A stretch of DNA of 64,000 nt from an uncultured Planctomycetota bacterium (GTDB taxonomy: Bacteria > Planctomycetota > Planctomycetia > Gemmatales > Gemmataceae), in the NCBI GenBank assembly GCA_963849325.1, contig CAWKHF010000012.1, positions 832,001-896,000 on the forward strand. The letters run 5' to 3'. A program made the position numbers and the translations under genes. A model generated the notes under the pieces. The model worked only from the letters and a program-made list of their open reading frames with translations. It was not told the origin of the DNA and did no database searches. Below, piece by piece: positions 7,823 to 19,223 of this stretch (its first letter is position 1; each line of letters starts with the position of its first letter).

Positions 7823-9249
7823 ATGCTGTTCTGCTCGTTGGAATTCCTGTTCTTCTTCAGCGCCATTCTGCTCGTCTACTGGCTCATCCCCGGCAAGACG
7901 GCTCGCATCTGGTTGCTGCTGGTGGCCAGTTTCTGCTTCTACGCGGCGTGGAACACCTGGCTGGCCTTGCTCATCAGCGTCACGACGGTCATGGATTATT
8001 TCCTCGCCCTGGGCATCGACCGCGGCACCTCGGAGGTCCGGCGCAAGCTGCTCCTGGCCGTCAGTCTCGTGGTCAACCTCGGCGTGTTGTGCTATTTCAA
8101 GTACGCCAACTTCTTTCTCGATTCGCTATCCGAGATTCTGCACGCGCTCGGCTCGTCGGCATCGCTGCCGCTGCTGGAAGTGATCCTTCCGGTCGGTATC
8201 TCCTTCTACACCTTCGAGGCCATCAATTACACCGTGGACGTCTACCGTCGCAAGGCGCCCGCGGAGCGGAACCTGGGGCACTTCATGCTGTTCATCCTGT
8301 TCTTTCCTCATCTGGTGGCCGGGCCGATCGTCCGCGCCCGCGACTTTTTGCCGCAGATCAAGCGGGCCAAGCGCTTCAGCTGGCCGCGCATGCAGCTGGG
8401 GCGCAGATCTTCCTCATGGGGCTGTTCAAGAAGTTGGCCATCGCCGATCGCATGGCCCTCTACGTCGATCCGGTGTTCCACGACCCGTTGTCGTTCCACT
8501 CGAAAGCGGTGTGGTGGGCGGTGCTGGCCTACGCCCTGCAAATTTACTGCGACTTCTCCGGCTACACCGACATGGCCATCGGCACGGCGCACATGCTCGG
8601 CTACAAACTGGCCGAGAACTTCAACATCCCGTACATCTCGGCCAACGTCTCGGAGTTCTGGCGGCGCTGGCACATCTCGCTGTCGAGTTGGCTGCGCGAT
8701 TATCTGTTCATCCCACTGGGCGGCAGTCGCGGCGGCACCTGGAAGACCAACCGCAACCTGCTGATCACGATGACGCTGGGCGGCCTGTGGCACGGAGCGA
8801 GCTGGACGTTCGTCTTCTGGGGCGTGCTGCACGGCCTGCTGCTGATCGGGCACAAAGCGTTCCAGGGATTTTGCACGAAACGGCCGATGCTCGAGCGCGT
8901 ACTGCGCTCGGCGCCGGGGACGTTGCTGCGCATGGCGCTGACGTTTGCCAGTGTGTGCGTCGGTTGGGTCTTCTTCCGGGCGACAACCTTCGCCATCGCC
9001 GCCGGTGTGCTGCGACGCCTGGTCAGCTTCACTCGTGCCGGGGCGCCGACGCCGATGCCGATCACCGGCTTCGTCCTGACAATCGTGCTGGTGGTGCTGT
9101 GCCATTTGGTTCGCCGCTTCGACCTGTGGCGGCGATGGCAGCCGAGCCTGCCGGCCCCCGTGCTCGGCTTCAGCTACGCCGTGGCGGTGACGCTGGCGCT
9201 GATGCTCGCCCCATCGGGGACCAAGCCGTTCATCTACTTCCAGTTCTGA
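7823..9249 (+). CDS. MBOAT O-acyltransferase (AlgI/PatA-like), one frameshift near 8400
   Basis: LPVGISFYTF, GPIVR, YCDFSGYTDMAIG, EFWRRWHISLSSWLRDY, GLWHGA, FIYFQF. Confidence 0.92.
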
Positions 9250-9266
9250 GAAGAGATCGACCGAAT

Positions 9267-10364
9267 ATGAATGGTCGTCAAAGTCGCATTTTGCGAAGGT
9301 CGCGGCCCGCCCTGTTGTGGTCCTTGTTCTTCTTTCTCGGCGGTCAGGTGATCGCGGGACGTCTCCTCTATCAGCGCCATCCGGACCTGTTCGATCCGGA
9401 ATTCCACCTCCGGCTGCACGACCTGGAATCGCGGTTGGCGGAAGTGCCCGGCCGGCCGCTGGCGCTGGCCGTGGGCAGCTCGCGCATCGCCTGCGGACTG
9501 CGGCCGGCCTGGGCCGACGACGCGCACACACCAGGCGGAACGGAGGCCGTTCTGTTCAACTTCGGCATGTTGGGAGGAGGGCCCGTCCGCGAGCGGATGG
9601 TGTTGCACCGTTTGCTCCGCACCGGGGTGCGGCCGAAATGGTTATTCGTTGAGGTGTGGGCACCAATGCTCCTGCAGGAAGGCTTCTTCCACGAGGAACC
9701 GCGCATCTTCCGCCAGGAGTTGTACTGGCCGGACCTCACCGTGATCGCACGCCTGTATGACCGCACGGGCGAATCGCTGCGCCGGCTGCTGGAAACGACC
9801 CTGGCGCCGCTGGTCCATTACCGTCAACCTCTACTGGCGCGCTACGCGGACTGCCTGATGCCGCCGTCCTTTTGGGCCGAGCAGAATCGAGAGGGCTGGG
9901 CGGGGCTAGACGACTCGGGATGGTTGACGCCCCACGAGCGCCCCAATGCGGCGGGCTTCGCCCTCCTGCTGGAGTATGGAAAGAGTGTGACCAAGCCGCT
10001 GCTGGACGACTTCCGCGTCAGCGCCATTTCGGATCGGGCATTGCGCGATCTACTGGCGGAATGCCAGGCCAACGGCATCCAGCCCATCTTGTTCCTCATG
10101 CCCGAACCGGAGGCGCTGCGGAGCTGGTATCCGCCGGCGACCCGCGCTGCGCTGACGGCCTACCTGCGGTGCCTGGCCAGGGATGGCCGGATGCCGGTGA
10201 TCGACGCCGCGGCCTGGTGCGGCGATGACGAATTCGCGGACTCCTGCCATCTGACATCCGCCGGCGCCCGCTCCTTCAGTGCGCGTTTCGGCCGCCAGGT
10301 TTACTGCCCGCTAATCGCCGGTCAACCTCTGCCGTGCGACGTTCTACTCCGCGATTCGCCGTAG
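9267..10364 (+). CDS. SGNH-like periplasmic partner of the MBOAT
   Basis: N-terminal TM, GSSR block I, FNFG, C-terminal FADSCHL (DxxH). Confidence 0.7.
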   Translation: MNGRQSRILRRSRPALLWSLFFFLGGQVIAGRLLYQRHPDLFDPEFHLRLHDLESRLAEVPGRPLALAVGSSRIACGLRPAWADDAHTPGGTEAVLFNFGMLGGGPVRERMVLHRLLRTGVRPKWLFVEVWAPMLLQEGFFHEEPRIFRQELYWPDLTVIARLYDRTGESLRRLLETTLAPLVHYRQPLLARYADCLMPPSFWAEQNREGWAGLDDSGWLTPHERPNAAGFALLLEYGKSVTKPLLDDFRVSAISDRALRDLLAECQANGIQPILFLMPEPEALRSWYPPATRAALTAYLRCLARDGRMPVIDAAAWCGDDEFADSCHLTSAGARSFSARFGRQVYCPLIAGQPLPCDVLLRDSP

Positions 10365-10381
10365 TAGGAAACCTTCTTTCG

Positions 10382-10431
10382 GAGCCGGAAGCGTAAGCGA
10401 AGGAAGATCCCTTCGCTTACGCTTCCGGCTC
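10382..10431. repeat. REP-like intergenic palindrome
   Basis: GAGCCGGAAGCGTAAGCGAAG..CTTCGCTTACGCTTCCGGCTC; related copy at 18227-18277. Confidence 0.75.
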
Positions 10432-10595
10432 GGAGCGACGTTCACTTGCTCGGGCACGAGGGGCCGACCATACGGGTTGTCCCGGCGCGAACGATCGTGC
10501 CGATTTTTCTGAAGACGAGGCCGGGCGGATGCCGATTTTCTCGGTCGGAGGTGTCTCCTCCTCCGCGGTCTCCTCGCTCACGACAGGACGTTGTC

Positions 10596-12052
10596 ATGTT
10601 GTTCAGTGCGGCCACTTTTCTCTTTCTGTTTTTGCCGGTGCTGCTCCTGCTGTACTTCCTCTGTCCGCGCCGCTTGCGCAACTTGCTGCTCTTGACGGCC
10701 AGCTTGCTGTTCTACGTCTGGGGCGAGAAGACCTACGTTTTCGTCCTGCTCGCCTCCATCGCCGTCAATTACACGCTTGGCCTGTGGCTGGACGGCCTGC
10801 GCACGGCACGAGGCCGGCGTTTGGCGATCGCCCTGGCGGTCTTCGCCAACCTCGGCCTGCTGGCCACCTTCAAGTATGCCGTCTTCCTGCTGCAAAACTG
10901 CAATGTCGCGCTGGCCGCTCTGCATCTGGCTCCGCTGCCGGTGCCGAACATCCACCTGCCGCTGGGCATCTCCTTCTTCACCTTTCATGCCCTCTCCTAC
11001 GTCATCGACGTCTACCGCGGCGAGGTGCGGGCGCTGAAAGACCCGATCGCGTTCGCCCTGTACATTTCCTTCTTCCCGCAGAGTATCGCCGGACCCATCG
11101 TCCGCTATAGCGACCTGGCGACGCAGCTGGTACGCCGCCGCTTCTTCCGCGCGGGCTTCGCCGAGGGGGTACGGCGCTTCATCTTCGGGTTGTCGAAGAA
11201 GATGTTGATTGCCAATACGCTGGCCCTGCCGGCCGACGCCATTTTCGGCCTGCCGCCCGAAGGATTGTCGGCCGGGTTGGCCTGGCTGGGCATTACCTGC
11301 TATACGCTGCAAATCTACTTCGACTTCTCCGGCTACTCGGACATGGCCATCGGCCTGGCCAGAATGTTCGGCTTCGATTTCAAGGAGAACTTCAACTACC
11401 CCTACGTGTCGCGCTCGGTCACGGAGTTTTGGCGGCGTTGGCACATGTCGCTGTCGAGCTGGTTCCGCGATTACCTGTACATCCCGCTGGGCGGCAACCG
11501 CCGTGGGACGATCCACACCTATTTCAACCTGCTGGCGGTGTTTTTTCTGTGCGGCCTGTGGCACGGGGCGAGCTGGGCGTTCGTGGGCTGGGGCCTGTAT
11601 CACGGCGGCTTCCTGGTGCTGGAGCGCACTCGGCCGGGCGCTGGCTCGACGCGGCGCCGGCGCCGTTGCGGCACGCTTACGCCCTGCTGGCGGTGATGGT
11701 CGGCTGGGTGTTCTTCCGGGCGACGACGTTTGGCCATGCCGCGTCCTTCGTGGCCGCGATGTTTGGCCTGGGTTCGGACGGCGCCGTCGAGTACGTACCC
11801 GCCATCTACTTGCAGACGGACGTGGTGCTGGCGCTGATCGCCGGCGCGATCAGCTCGGCGCCGCTATTGACGTGGCTGCGGCGCGTCCGCCCGGGCGACC
11901 TGGCGGCCGCACTGCGGCGGCCCGCTTTGGCGCAGGCACTGGAAGCGGTGTTCGCCGGCGCCTCGGTGGCGGCGCACGCGGTACTGCTGCTGGCCTCGAC
12001 CACGATGCTGGCCGCCGGGACCTACAACCCGTTCATTTATTTCCGCTTCTAG
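10596..12052 (+). CDS. algI: MBOAT O-acyltransferase (AlgI-like), frameshift near 11630
   Basis: LPLGISFFTF, YFDFSGYSDMAIG, EFWRRWHMSLSSWFRDY, YNPFIYFRF. Confidence 0.9.
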
Positions 12053-12091
12053 GACCGCTCGCGGCTCGGTCCCCGATCGGAAGGAGGCGCC

Positions 12092-13257
12092 GTGGACACA
12101 GGCACTCGTATCCGCACCATCGCCGACTGGGCCGTGATTGCCTTGTTCCTGGCGGCGACCGGATTGCCGTTGGCCGGCGCCTTTCTGCCCGACCCGCACA
12201 ACCAGGCGGCCAACGACCTGCGCCCGCTGGCTTCCCTGCCGCCGCTGCGGCCCAAGCGCAGTGTCCTGATCGCTTTCCCCACGCAGTTCGAGAAATACTG
12301 GGAGGACCACTTCGGTTTCCGCGGCCCGCTCATCTACCTGCTGAACGTGGTCAAGGTACGCGGACTGCACGCCTCGACGGCGGCGAACGTCCTGCTGGGA
12401 CGGCCATCCTGGTTGTTCTACACTCATCTCCCCGCTGGCATGGATTACAACGCCGTGCGGCCCTTCACGGCCGACGAGCTGGACCACTGGCGCCGCGTCC
12501 TGGAGCGTCGCCGCGATTGGTTGCAGCGGCGCGGCTGCAAGTACGTCCTCTTCATTCCCCCCGATAAACAGACCATCTACCCCGAATATCTCGATCCGGT
12601 TTATCGCTCAAGGCACGACCAATCGCGGTTGGACCAGTTGCTCGCCCACCTGCGGAGCTGTGGTTCGAGCGTGGAGGTGCTGGACATCCGACAACCGATG
12701 CGGGCCGCCAAGGAGCGCGAGCGGCTGTACCATCAGACCGACTCGCACTGGAACGACCACGGAGCGTTCCTCGGCTATGAGCATCTGACCGGCGTGCTGG
12801 CCCGATGGTTCCCAGCCGTCCGGCCGGTGCCGCGCTCGGGCTTCGTGGAGGAGACGGCCGAGAAACGCGGCGGCGACCTGGCGACGATGGTTTACCTGGC
12901 CGAGCGGCTGCCCGAGCAAATGCTGAACCTCGTGCCGCGCTCGCCGCGGCGCTGGCGTCCGTCCGCACAAGGCGTTGTCGCGCGGCGCGGAAGACCGCCG
13001 CCTTTTACGCGGCCGCCGCCACCGAATGCGACGACGCCAACCTGCCCCGCGCCGTCATCTTTCACGACTCGTTCGCCCTGGCCCTGCGACCGTTCCTGTC
13101 CGAGCACTTCCGCCGTACCGCCTACGTCTGGGACGACGCCTTCCACCAGGATGTCGTCGAACGCGAACGTCCCAACGTCGTCATTCAGGAGATGCTGGAG
13201 CGCAAATTGGGGTTTGTGATACCCAACGACATCGAGGACGCCGAGCCGCTGAAATGA
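12092..13257 (+). CDS. algJ: AlgJ/AlgX-like O-acetyltransferase, frameshift near 12990
   Basis: DHFGFR, PDKQTIYPE, YHQTDSHWN, GGDL, FHDSF motifs. Confidence 0.85.
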
Positions 13258-13496
13258 CGCGAATGCCTCCCCGACGTTATCGCCAGTCGTTGGCGGGTCG
13301 CGTTCTCATGGGGAGCGGAGGTATGTATCCACGAAATTGCATCCTTGCAAACGGCAGGGCACGAGCTAGAATGCAGTTGTCCCGTCGGGGGCGAGTGCGG
13401 TGACTGGGCGACACCGAGCGAACCACCGGCGGGACTTATTTCCCACCGCCTCCGTGACGACGCTCGGCGGACAATCGCGCGGGGAAGCGCGTCGAG

Positions 13497-14325
13497 TCAG
13501 CGCCGTGGCCTGCCGACATGCAGCCAGAGTTGAGGATGGGCGCGAGCCGATTTTTCCAGCGCCGCGATCCCCGGCCGACCGATGGGATTGCCGTCGAGGT
13601 TCAAGAGAGTCAAGCGGGCCAGATGAGGTGAAGCGGCCAGAGCGTACGCTCCCTCATCGTGGACGTTATTATCGACCAGGGAGAGCGTTTCCAGGTTCGT
13701 CAGGTGGGCGGCGGTGGCCAGCGGTCGCCCCCGCATCGCCGATGTCGTTGCGTCGCAGCCAGAGCGTGCGCAGGCTGGTCCCGTTCGCCGAGGCCGCCAG
13801 GGCCGCCGCTCCCGCGTCGCCGATGAAGTTGTATCCCAGGTCGAGCATGTTCAACCAACCCAGCCACGGCGAGGCCGCCAGACGCGCGACCGAAGCTCGC
13901 TCCAGGCCACGAAACGTCACGCCTTCAACCCAGGCGAACGCTTCCGACTGGATCAATTCGCCGGAGTCGTCCAGCAACGCGCCGGCCGAAATCTCCAGGT
14001 GGAGCAGTCCGCGATGCCAACTCCACGAGCGTGCCAGCGGCTTCAGCGGTCCCAGCCATGCCGTCTCGAAGCGCTCGAGCAACTCCGCTTCACGCTCCTC
14101 GTTCGGCGTTCGCGTCCGCAGAGATTGCAGGCGCAGAAACTCGCCCCGCGCCGCCCGCACGGCGTCGCCGTGTTCTTCCAGCCAGTCGGCCAGGATCAGG
14201 CGCGGCGTGTCGTCGCCGGGATGGGCCTTGATGTCGCGCAGGAACGCCAGGACCACCGGACGCCATATCGTCTCGTCGAGTTCGCGGGTTGAGACATGAC
14301 CAGGATCCCCGGAGTAGCCGGCCAA
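13497..14325 (-). CDS. TIGR02996 domain + leucine-rich-repeat protein (frameshifted)
   Basis: PGDDTPRLILADWLEEHGD; repeats LDLGYNFIGDAGAAALA. Confidence 0.85.
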
Positions 14326-14328
14326 GTG

Positions 14329-14880
14329 TCAGCTTCCTTCGGCGGTGGTCTCCGCGGCGAAAACGCGATCGTACGACTCCAGGGCGATTCCGCCCAGGCG
14401 GTTCGCTATCCGCCAATACGCTTCGCGGCGATAATCCCACTTCCGCGAACGGGGCACCTGCTCCAGCCAGTCATACAAATGAATCTTACAAAGGTCCGTA
14501 AAGTCCTCTTCCGACACTTCCCTGTCCTCGTCGGTGAGACGGTCCTTGATCCGATACGGCCCCTCCGCACCTTGCAGAGCGCGATCGAAGGAGGCGCGGT
14601 CCATGGCGCAGTTGAGGTAGGCCAGGCGCTCGGCCCGTTCGCCGAGGAGCGCGCGCACGTCCGGCCGTCGCTCCAGCGGCAGGGCGAAGCGCTGGAACAA
14701 CTCGGTGCCGTAGATGGAGTGGAACATGCCGGCCTGACATAATTCCTCGTTGCAGCCACGCGCTTCCATGTAGCGATACACGCCGATGACGTGGGCCAGG
14801 TACGACTTCTCCGTGTGGCGGACCTGTTCGGTGCCCAGCGCCAGCAGGAAGTCCGTCAACTGCTTGAAATTCCGGTGCAT
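14329..14880 (-). CDS. Hypothetical HD-like (DUF6817-type) protein
   Basis: HT..SYLAH..GV, AGMFHSIYGT motif. Confidence 0.65.
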   Translation of the reverse strand: MHRNFKQLTDFLLALGTEQVRHTEKSYLAHVIGVYRYMEARGCNEELCQAGMFHSIYGTELFQRFALPLERRPDVRALLGERAERLAYLNCAMDRASFDRALQGAEGPYRIKDRLTDEDREVSEEDFTDLCKIHLYDWLEQVPRSRKWDYRREAYWRIANRLGGIALESYDRVFAAETTAEGS

Positions 14881-15113
14881 GGTGTTCTCCTTCGGAGGTT
14901 GCGGCCGTGTGGAACTCGACCGGACAAGCGGAGCATACTCGCGCCGCGTGGGCAGAGCAAGGACGAGATCGAGGCGACCCATCCGGGTCGGAAAAGCCTC
15001 GACGCCGGTTTCACACGGACATTTCTCTTGTCGCCTGACACGCCCCGCCCGCGCGGTTGCCCTGGCGGCGTGCGTCGCTTACACTCGAAGGAGATGCGGA
15101 GGAGCCTCTTTCC

Positions 15114-15738
15114 ATGTCCACCCAAGCCGCAGCTTCCGAGTTGATCCGCCGCTGCCGGGCCGGCGAGGTCCACGCTCGGGAGCAGCTGTTCGCACGCTAT
15201 CAGCATTACCTGTATGTGCTGGCCCGCGCCCAACTCGGCCGGCGCCTGCGCAGCCAAGTGCGCCCCCTCGGACCTGGTTCAGCAGACCTTGCTGGAAGCC
15301 CACCGCGATTTCGACGGCTTCCAGGGCCAGCACGAGAGCGAACTGCTGGCGTGGCTGCGGCGCATCCTGGCCCACAACCTGTTCAACGAGGCGCGCCGCT
15401 ACGGCGCCCGCCAGCGCGATGCCGAGCGCGAGGTCTCGCTCGACCAGGTGCAGTCCGGCGTCGATCACTCCTCCGTTGTCCTGCAGCGCTGCCTGGCGGC
15501 CGGCGGCCCCAGCCCCAGTCAGATTGCCCTGGCCCACGAGGAGGCCGTGCGCCTGGCCGACACTCTCACCCGCCTGCCGGACGATTATCAAACGGTCCTG
15601 CTGCTGCGCGTCTTCGAGGAGCTGCCGGCCGAGGAGGTTGCCCGGCGCATGGGACGCAGTGCCGGCGCCGTCCGCATGTTGCAAATGCGCACCCTGACGG
15701 CCCTGCGTCAAGAGATGGAGAAGGACGCGCGGAGTTGA
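15114..15738 (+). CDS. ECF sigma-70 factor, planctomycete type (frameshift near 15260)
   Basis: SDLVQQTLLEAHRDF..LLAWLRRIL; region 4 EVARRMGRSAGAVRML. Confidence 0.88.
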
Positions 15739-15812
15739 GCATGCGCGGTCACGGCGGCCTGGATGGGGTCGATCCGCGAACACCGTGTCAGCAAGCATGT
15801 TAGATGCTGTTG

Positions 15813-16265
15813 TTACGGACGTGTGGCAGCGGTCTTTGGTGTGATGCATCCGAATGCGCCGAACACGCCGAAGTCGGCGGAGTTCGTTGTGAGAAGCGAT
15901 TGGATGCCAACTTGCCTGTAGGTCGCGGCGAGCAGCGTGTCCAACAGTCGCTTGCGGCCCAAGGAAAACTGCTTCAGCCAGTCGAGAAACTGCCGCGTCG
16001 CGGCCTCGTCAGGAAACACCGGGACGACGTCGCTGGCCGTCCACCATTGTTCGGCAAGTTGCTGGGCTGCCGCCATGTCGAGCGGATGCGTGAAGCGGCG
16101 AGGGTCCGTTACGATATGGATGAATTCCGCCAGCACCTGGGGAGCGAGGGCGATCCGGTCGCCTGCGCCAAGCAATCGGGCCAAGGTGGCGCGTGCATCG
16201 GTGTGCTCGGTGTGCTCCCTCACTGCCACCGCCACGAGAAAGCCGGTGTCGAGTCCATGCATCAT
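15813..16265 (-). CDS. vapC: PIN-domain (VapC-like) toxin
   Basis: LDTGFLV..VLAEF..DTLLAAT..LLTTNSADF. Confidence 0.85.
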   Translation of the reverse strand: MMHGLDTGFLVAVAVREHTEHTDARATLARLLGAGDRIALAPQVLAEFIHIVTDPRRFTHPLDMAAAQQLAEQWWTASDVVPVFPDEAATRQFLDWLKQFSLGRKRLLDTLLAATYRQVGIQSLLTTNSADFGVFGAFGCITPKTAATRP

Positions 16266-16495
16266 CGCCGACCATCCAACATTTCACCGAGCAGATCGTC
16301 GTCCGCTGTTAGCGTGTGCAGTACGGGGCCAAGACTTAAGACCGGAACATCCAGGACACGGTGCGGCGAGCCGGGTAACGAAGCGGCGGTCGGCGCCGTT
16401 TCGGCTCGGAGGACAATCACTTCCTGTCCCTCCGGGAGACGAACGCCATCGTCCAGCACCACGACGCCATTTTGCACGTGACCGCGGGCAACCAT
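16262..16495 (-). CDS. Putative antitoxin (AF2212/DUF104-like)
   Basis: GHVQNGVVVL..LPEGQEV; overlaps the PIN gene start. Confidence 0.65.
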   Translation of the reverse strand: MVARGHVQNGVVVLDDGVRLPEGQEVIVLRAETAPTAASLPGSPHRVLDVPVLSLGPVLHTLTADDDLLGEMLDGRR

Positions 16496-16532
16496 CGTAC
16501 ACCTCATCCTGTGAGGAACTCCTGAGGGCAGT

Positions 16533-17603
16533 TTACCGCGCATCGGGAAGAAGACAAAGCTCTGCCGCTCGGGCGATGATTTGCTCGATGGCCCAGCGTG
16601 CGGCGTCGCGGACCAGCGGCTCGGCGTCCTCCAGGGCGCGGCGCAGGGCCGGCAGCGCGGCGGCGTCGGCCGTGTTGCCCAGGACGAGGGCGGCGTTGCG
16701 TACCAGGCCGCGCCGCTTCGTCCGCCACAGGGCCGTGCCGCGAAATCGACGACGAAACTCCTCCTCCGACAACCCGAGCACCTCGATCAAATCGAGCCTC
16801 TCCAACTCGGGACGCGCTTGCAGGGCCGGCTCCGTCCCCGGCGGCGCCTTGCGGTTCCACGGACAGACTTCCTGGCACACGTCGCAGCCGAATACCCAGT
16901 CGCCCAGGCCGGCGCGTAGCTCCGGTGCGATCGCGCCCTTGTGCTCGATGGTCAGATAGCTGATGCAGCGACGCGCGTCGAGCTGTCCGGGACCGGCGAA
17001 GGCACTCGTCGGGCAGGCGTCCAGACAAGCGGTACACGTGCCGCAGTGGGAGGCGATGTGCGGCGCATCCGCGGCCAACTCCAGATTGACGAGAAGGGCG
17101 CCGATAAAGAAGTAGCTCCCCAGGCGCTTGTTCAGCAGCATGGTGTTCTTGCCGAACCAGCCCAGCCCCGCGCGGCGAGCGAAATCGCGCTCCAGCAGCG
17201 GTGCCGTGTCCACGACGCCGCGACCGAGGCAGTCGGGGCGCTCTTGGCGGAGCCAGTCGAGCAGGCGGTTCAGGCGTTCGCGCAGGACGTCGTGATAATC
17301 CGTTCCGCGGGCATAGCGGGCGACGCGGCCGGTCGGCGAGTTGAGAGCGTCAGCCCCCGGCTCACCGGCGGGACGATAGTTCATGCCGACCATGAGGACG
17401 CTGCGGACGTCGGACAAGATCGAGGAGGGATGGCGGCGGGCCTCGCCGTGGCGGTGCATGTAGTCCATCGTGCCGGCGAAACCGCGGTCCAGCCAGTCGC
17501 GCAGACGGTCGAAGCCGTCGGCCTCCGTCGCCGGCGCGATGCCGGCCATCTCGAAGCCGAGTGCGCGAGCTTGTTGTTTCAAACGATCTTCCAACGGGGC
17601 CAT
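16533..17603 (-). CDS. queG: Epoxyqueuosine reductase
   Basis: ARYARGTDYH, VDTAPLLER, CGTCTACLDACPT, FGCDVCQEVCPWN. Confidence 0.95.
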   Translation of the reverse strand: MAPLEDRLKQQARALGFEMAGIAPATEADGFDRLRDWLDRGFAGTMDYMHRHGEARRHPSSILSDVRSVLMVGMNYRPAGEPGADALNSPTGRVARYARGTDYHDVLRERLNRLLDWLRQERPDCLGRGVVDTAPLLERDFARRAGLGWFGKNTMLLNKRLGSYFFIGALLVNLELAADAPHIASHCGTCTACLDACPTSAFAGPGQLDARRCISYLTIEHKGAIAPELRAGLGDWVFGCDVCQEVCPWNRKAPPGTEPALQARPELERLDLIEVLGLSEEEFRRRFRGTALWRTKRRGLVRNAALVLGNTADAAALPALRRALEDAEPLVRDAARWAIEQIIARAAELCLLPDAR

Positions 17604-17820
17604 GTCTCCATCCTAACGGATGCGCGGGGTCCGGGAAGTCGTGGATGTACGCCGATTGCCGTCGGGCGATCGGGATCCTATCACTGAGGACAACGGAGCG
17701 ATCGGGAGTCGGAAGGATCGAATAGGCGACGCCCGGTTTCCGTCGAAGACAGTGTATTTTGGTGCGCCGCCGCGGGGCGGTGCCGAACGTCGGCAACCAA
17801 TGACGATGAGGGATGAGAGA

Positions 17821-18211
17821 ATGCGCACGGTGAAGTATTTCATGATGGCGGTGCTGACCACGGGCCTGGTGGCCGGCCTCGGCATGTTCCGGGCCGCCGA
17901 CGACAAGCCCAAGTACAACATCGAAGAGATCATGGAGACAAGCCCACAAAGCCCCCAAGGGCAAACCGAGCCTGTTCAAGCAGGTAGCCGGCGGCAAAGC
18001 CAGCGCCGAGCAAAAGAAGCAATTGCTGGCGTATTATCAGGATTTGGCCAAGAATAAGCCCGAGAAGGGCGAGTTGAGCGATTGGAAAAAGCGGACGGAC
18101 GCCATGGTCAAGGCGGCCCAGGACGTGGTGGACGGCAAGCCCGGCGCCACCCAGGAACTCGGCAAGGCCACCAACTGCAAGGCTTGCCACCAGCTGCACA
18201 AGGGCGACTAA
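17821..18211 (+). CDS. Secreted monoheme cytochrome c (class II-like), frameshifted
   Basis: Signal peptide; C-terminal CKACH. Confidence 0.75.
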
Positions 18212-18299
18212 GGGCCGATTCGTCCGAGCCCGCAGCGTAAGTGAGGAAACATACATCCTCGCTTACGCTGCGGGCTCTTCTCTCCGCGACGAGGACGCC

Positions 18300-18704
18300 A
18301 TGAGAAACCGTCTGGCGATACTTCTGGTAGTGGCGACGAGCCTGGGACTCGGCGGTGCCGAGCCGGACAAAGCTCCCGACATCAAGGAGATCATGCAGCG
18401 GGCCAACAAGCCGACGGGTCTCTACTTCAATCTGAAAAAAGACCTGGAGGATGAGGAACCGATGTGGGACGACATGCTTGCGGAGGCGCGCGAGCTGGCC
18501 CAGCTGGCGGCCGCCCTCGGCAAGCAGACGCCGCCCAAGGGCGACAAGGCGTCGTGGGCCAAGTTGACCCGTGCCTACGCCAGCGAGGCCAAAGGGCTGT
18601 CTCAGGCCGTTGCCAAAAAAGACCGCAAGGCCGCTCAGGCCGCCATCGGCCGCATGGGCGGCGCCACCTGCAAGAGCTGTCACAAGGTCCATCGGCCGGA
18701 GTAA
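18300..18704 (+). CDS. Secreted monoheme cytochrome c (class II-like)
   Basis: Signal peptide; helical; C-terminal CKSCH. Confidence 0.8.
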   Translation: MRNRLAILLVVATSLGLGGAEPDKAPDIKEIMQRANKPTGLYFNLKKDLEDEEPMWDDMLAEARELAQLAAALGKQTPPKGDKASWAKLTRAYASEAKGLSQAVAKKDRKAAQAAIGRMGGATCKSCHKVHRPE

Positions 18705-18732
18705 CCGCGCGGGATTTCCGGGAGGCGCAATC

Positions 18733-19215
18733 ATGCTTGATGGTCCCGCTGTCGTCGCCGCGCTGCAGGACTGCGGCGTAACGCACGTGGTCTGGATACC
18801 CGACAGCGACCTCGGCCGGTGGGAGCCGGCCCTGAGTGCCGCGTCCAGCCCGCGATTGCTCCGCGTCTGCCGCGAGGGCGAGGCCATCTCCCTGGCCGCC
18901 GGCCTGCACCTCGGCGGCCAACAGCCGATCGTCGTCATCCAGTGTACCGGCCTGTTCGAGGCCGGCGACACACTGCGCAACATCCTCCACGATCTGCGCC
19001 TGCCGCTGTTTTTCGTCATCGGCGTTCGCAGTTACCACGCCCATCGACAGGGCACTTCGACCGACAGCTGCCCCGTCTTCACCGAGCCGATCCTGCGCGC
19101 CTGGCTGTTACCCTATACCGTGTTCGAGGACAACCACACGATCGCCGACCTGGTGACGGCATACCGTCAGGCACGGGCGAAAGGCCAGGCGTTCGCCGTC
19201 CTGATCGCCGAGTGA
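18733..19215 (+). CDS. TPP-dependent decarboxylase alpha subunit (ComD/phosphonopyruvate decarboxylase-like)
   Basis: WIPDS, CREGEAISLAAG, IQCTG. Confidence 0.8.
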   Translation: MLDGPAVVAALQDCGVTHVVWIPDSDLGRWEPALSAASSPRLLRVCREGEAISLAAGLHLGGQQPIVVIQCTGLFEAGDTLRNILHDLRLPLFFVIGVRSYHAHRQGTSTDSCPVFTEPILRAWLLPYTVFEDNHTIADLVTAYRQARAKGQAFAVLIAE

Positions 19216-19223
19216 GTCCAACC

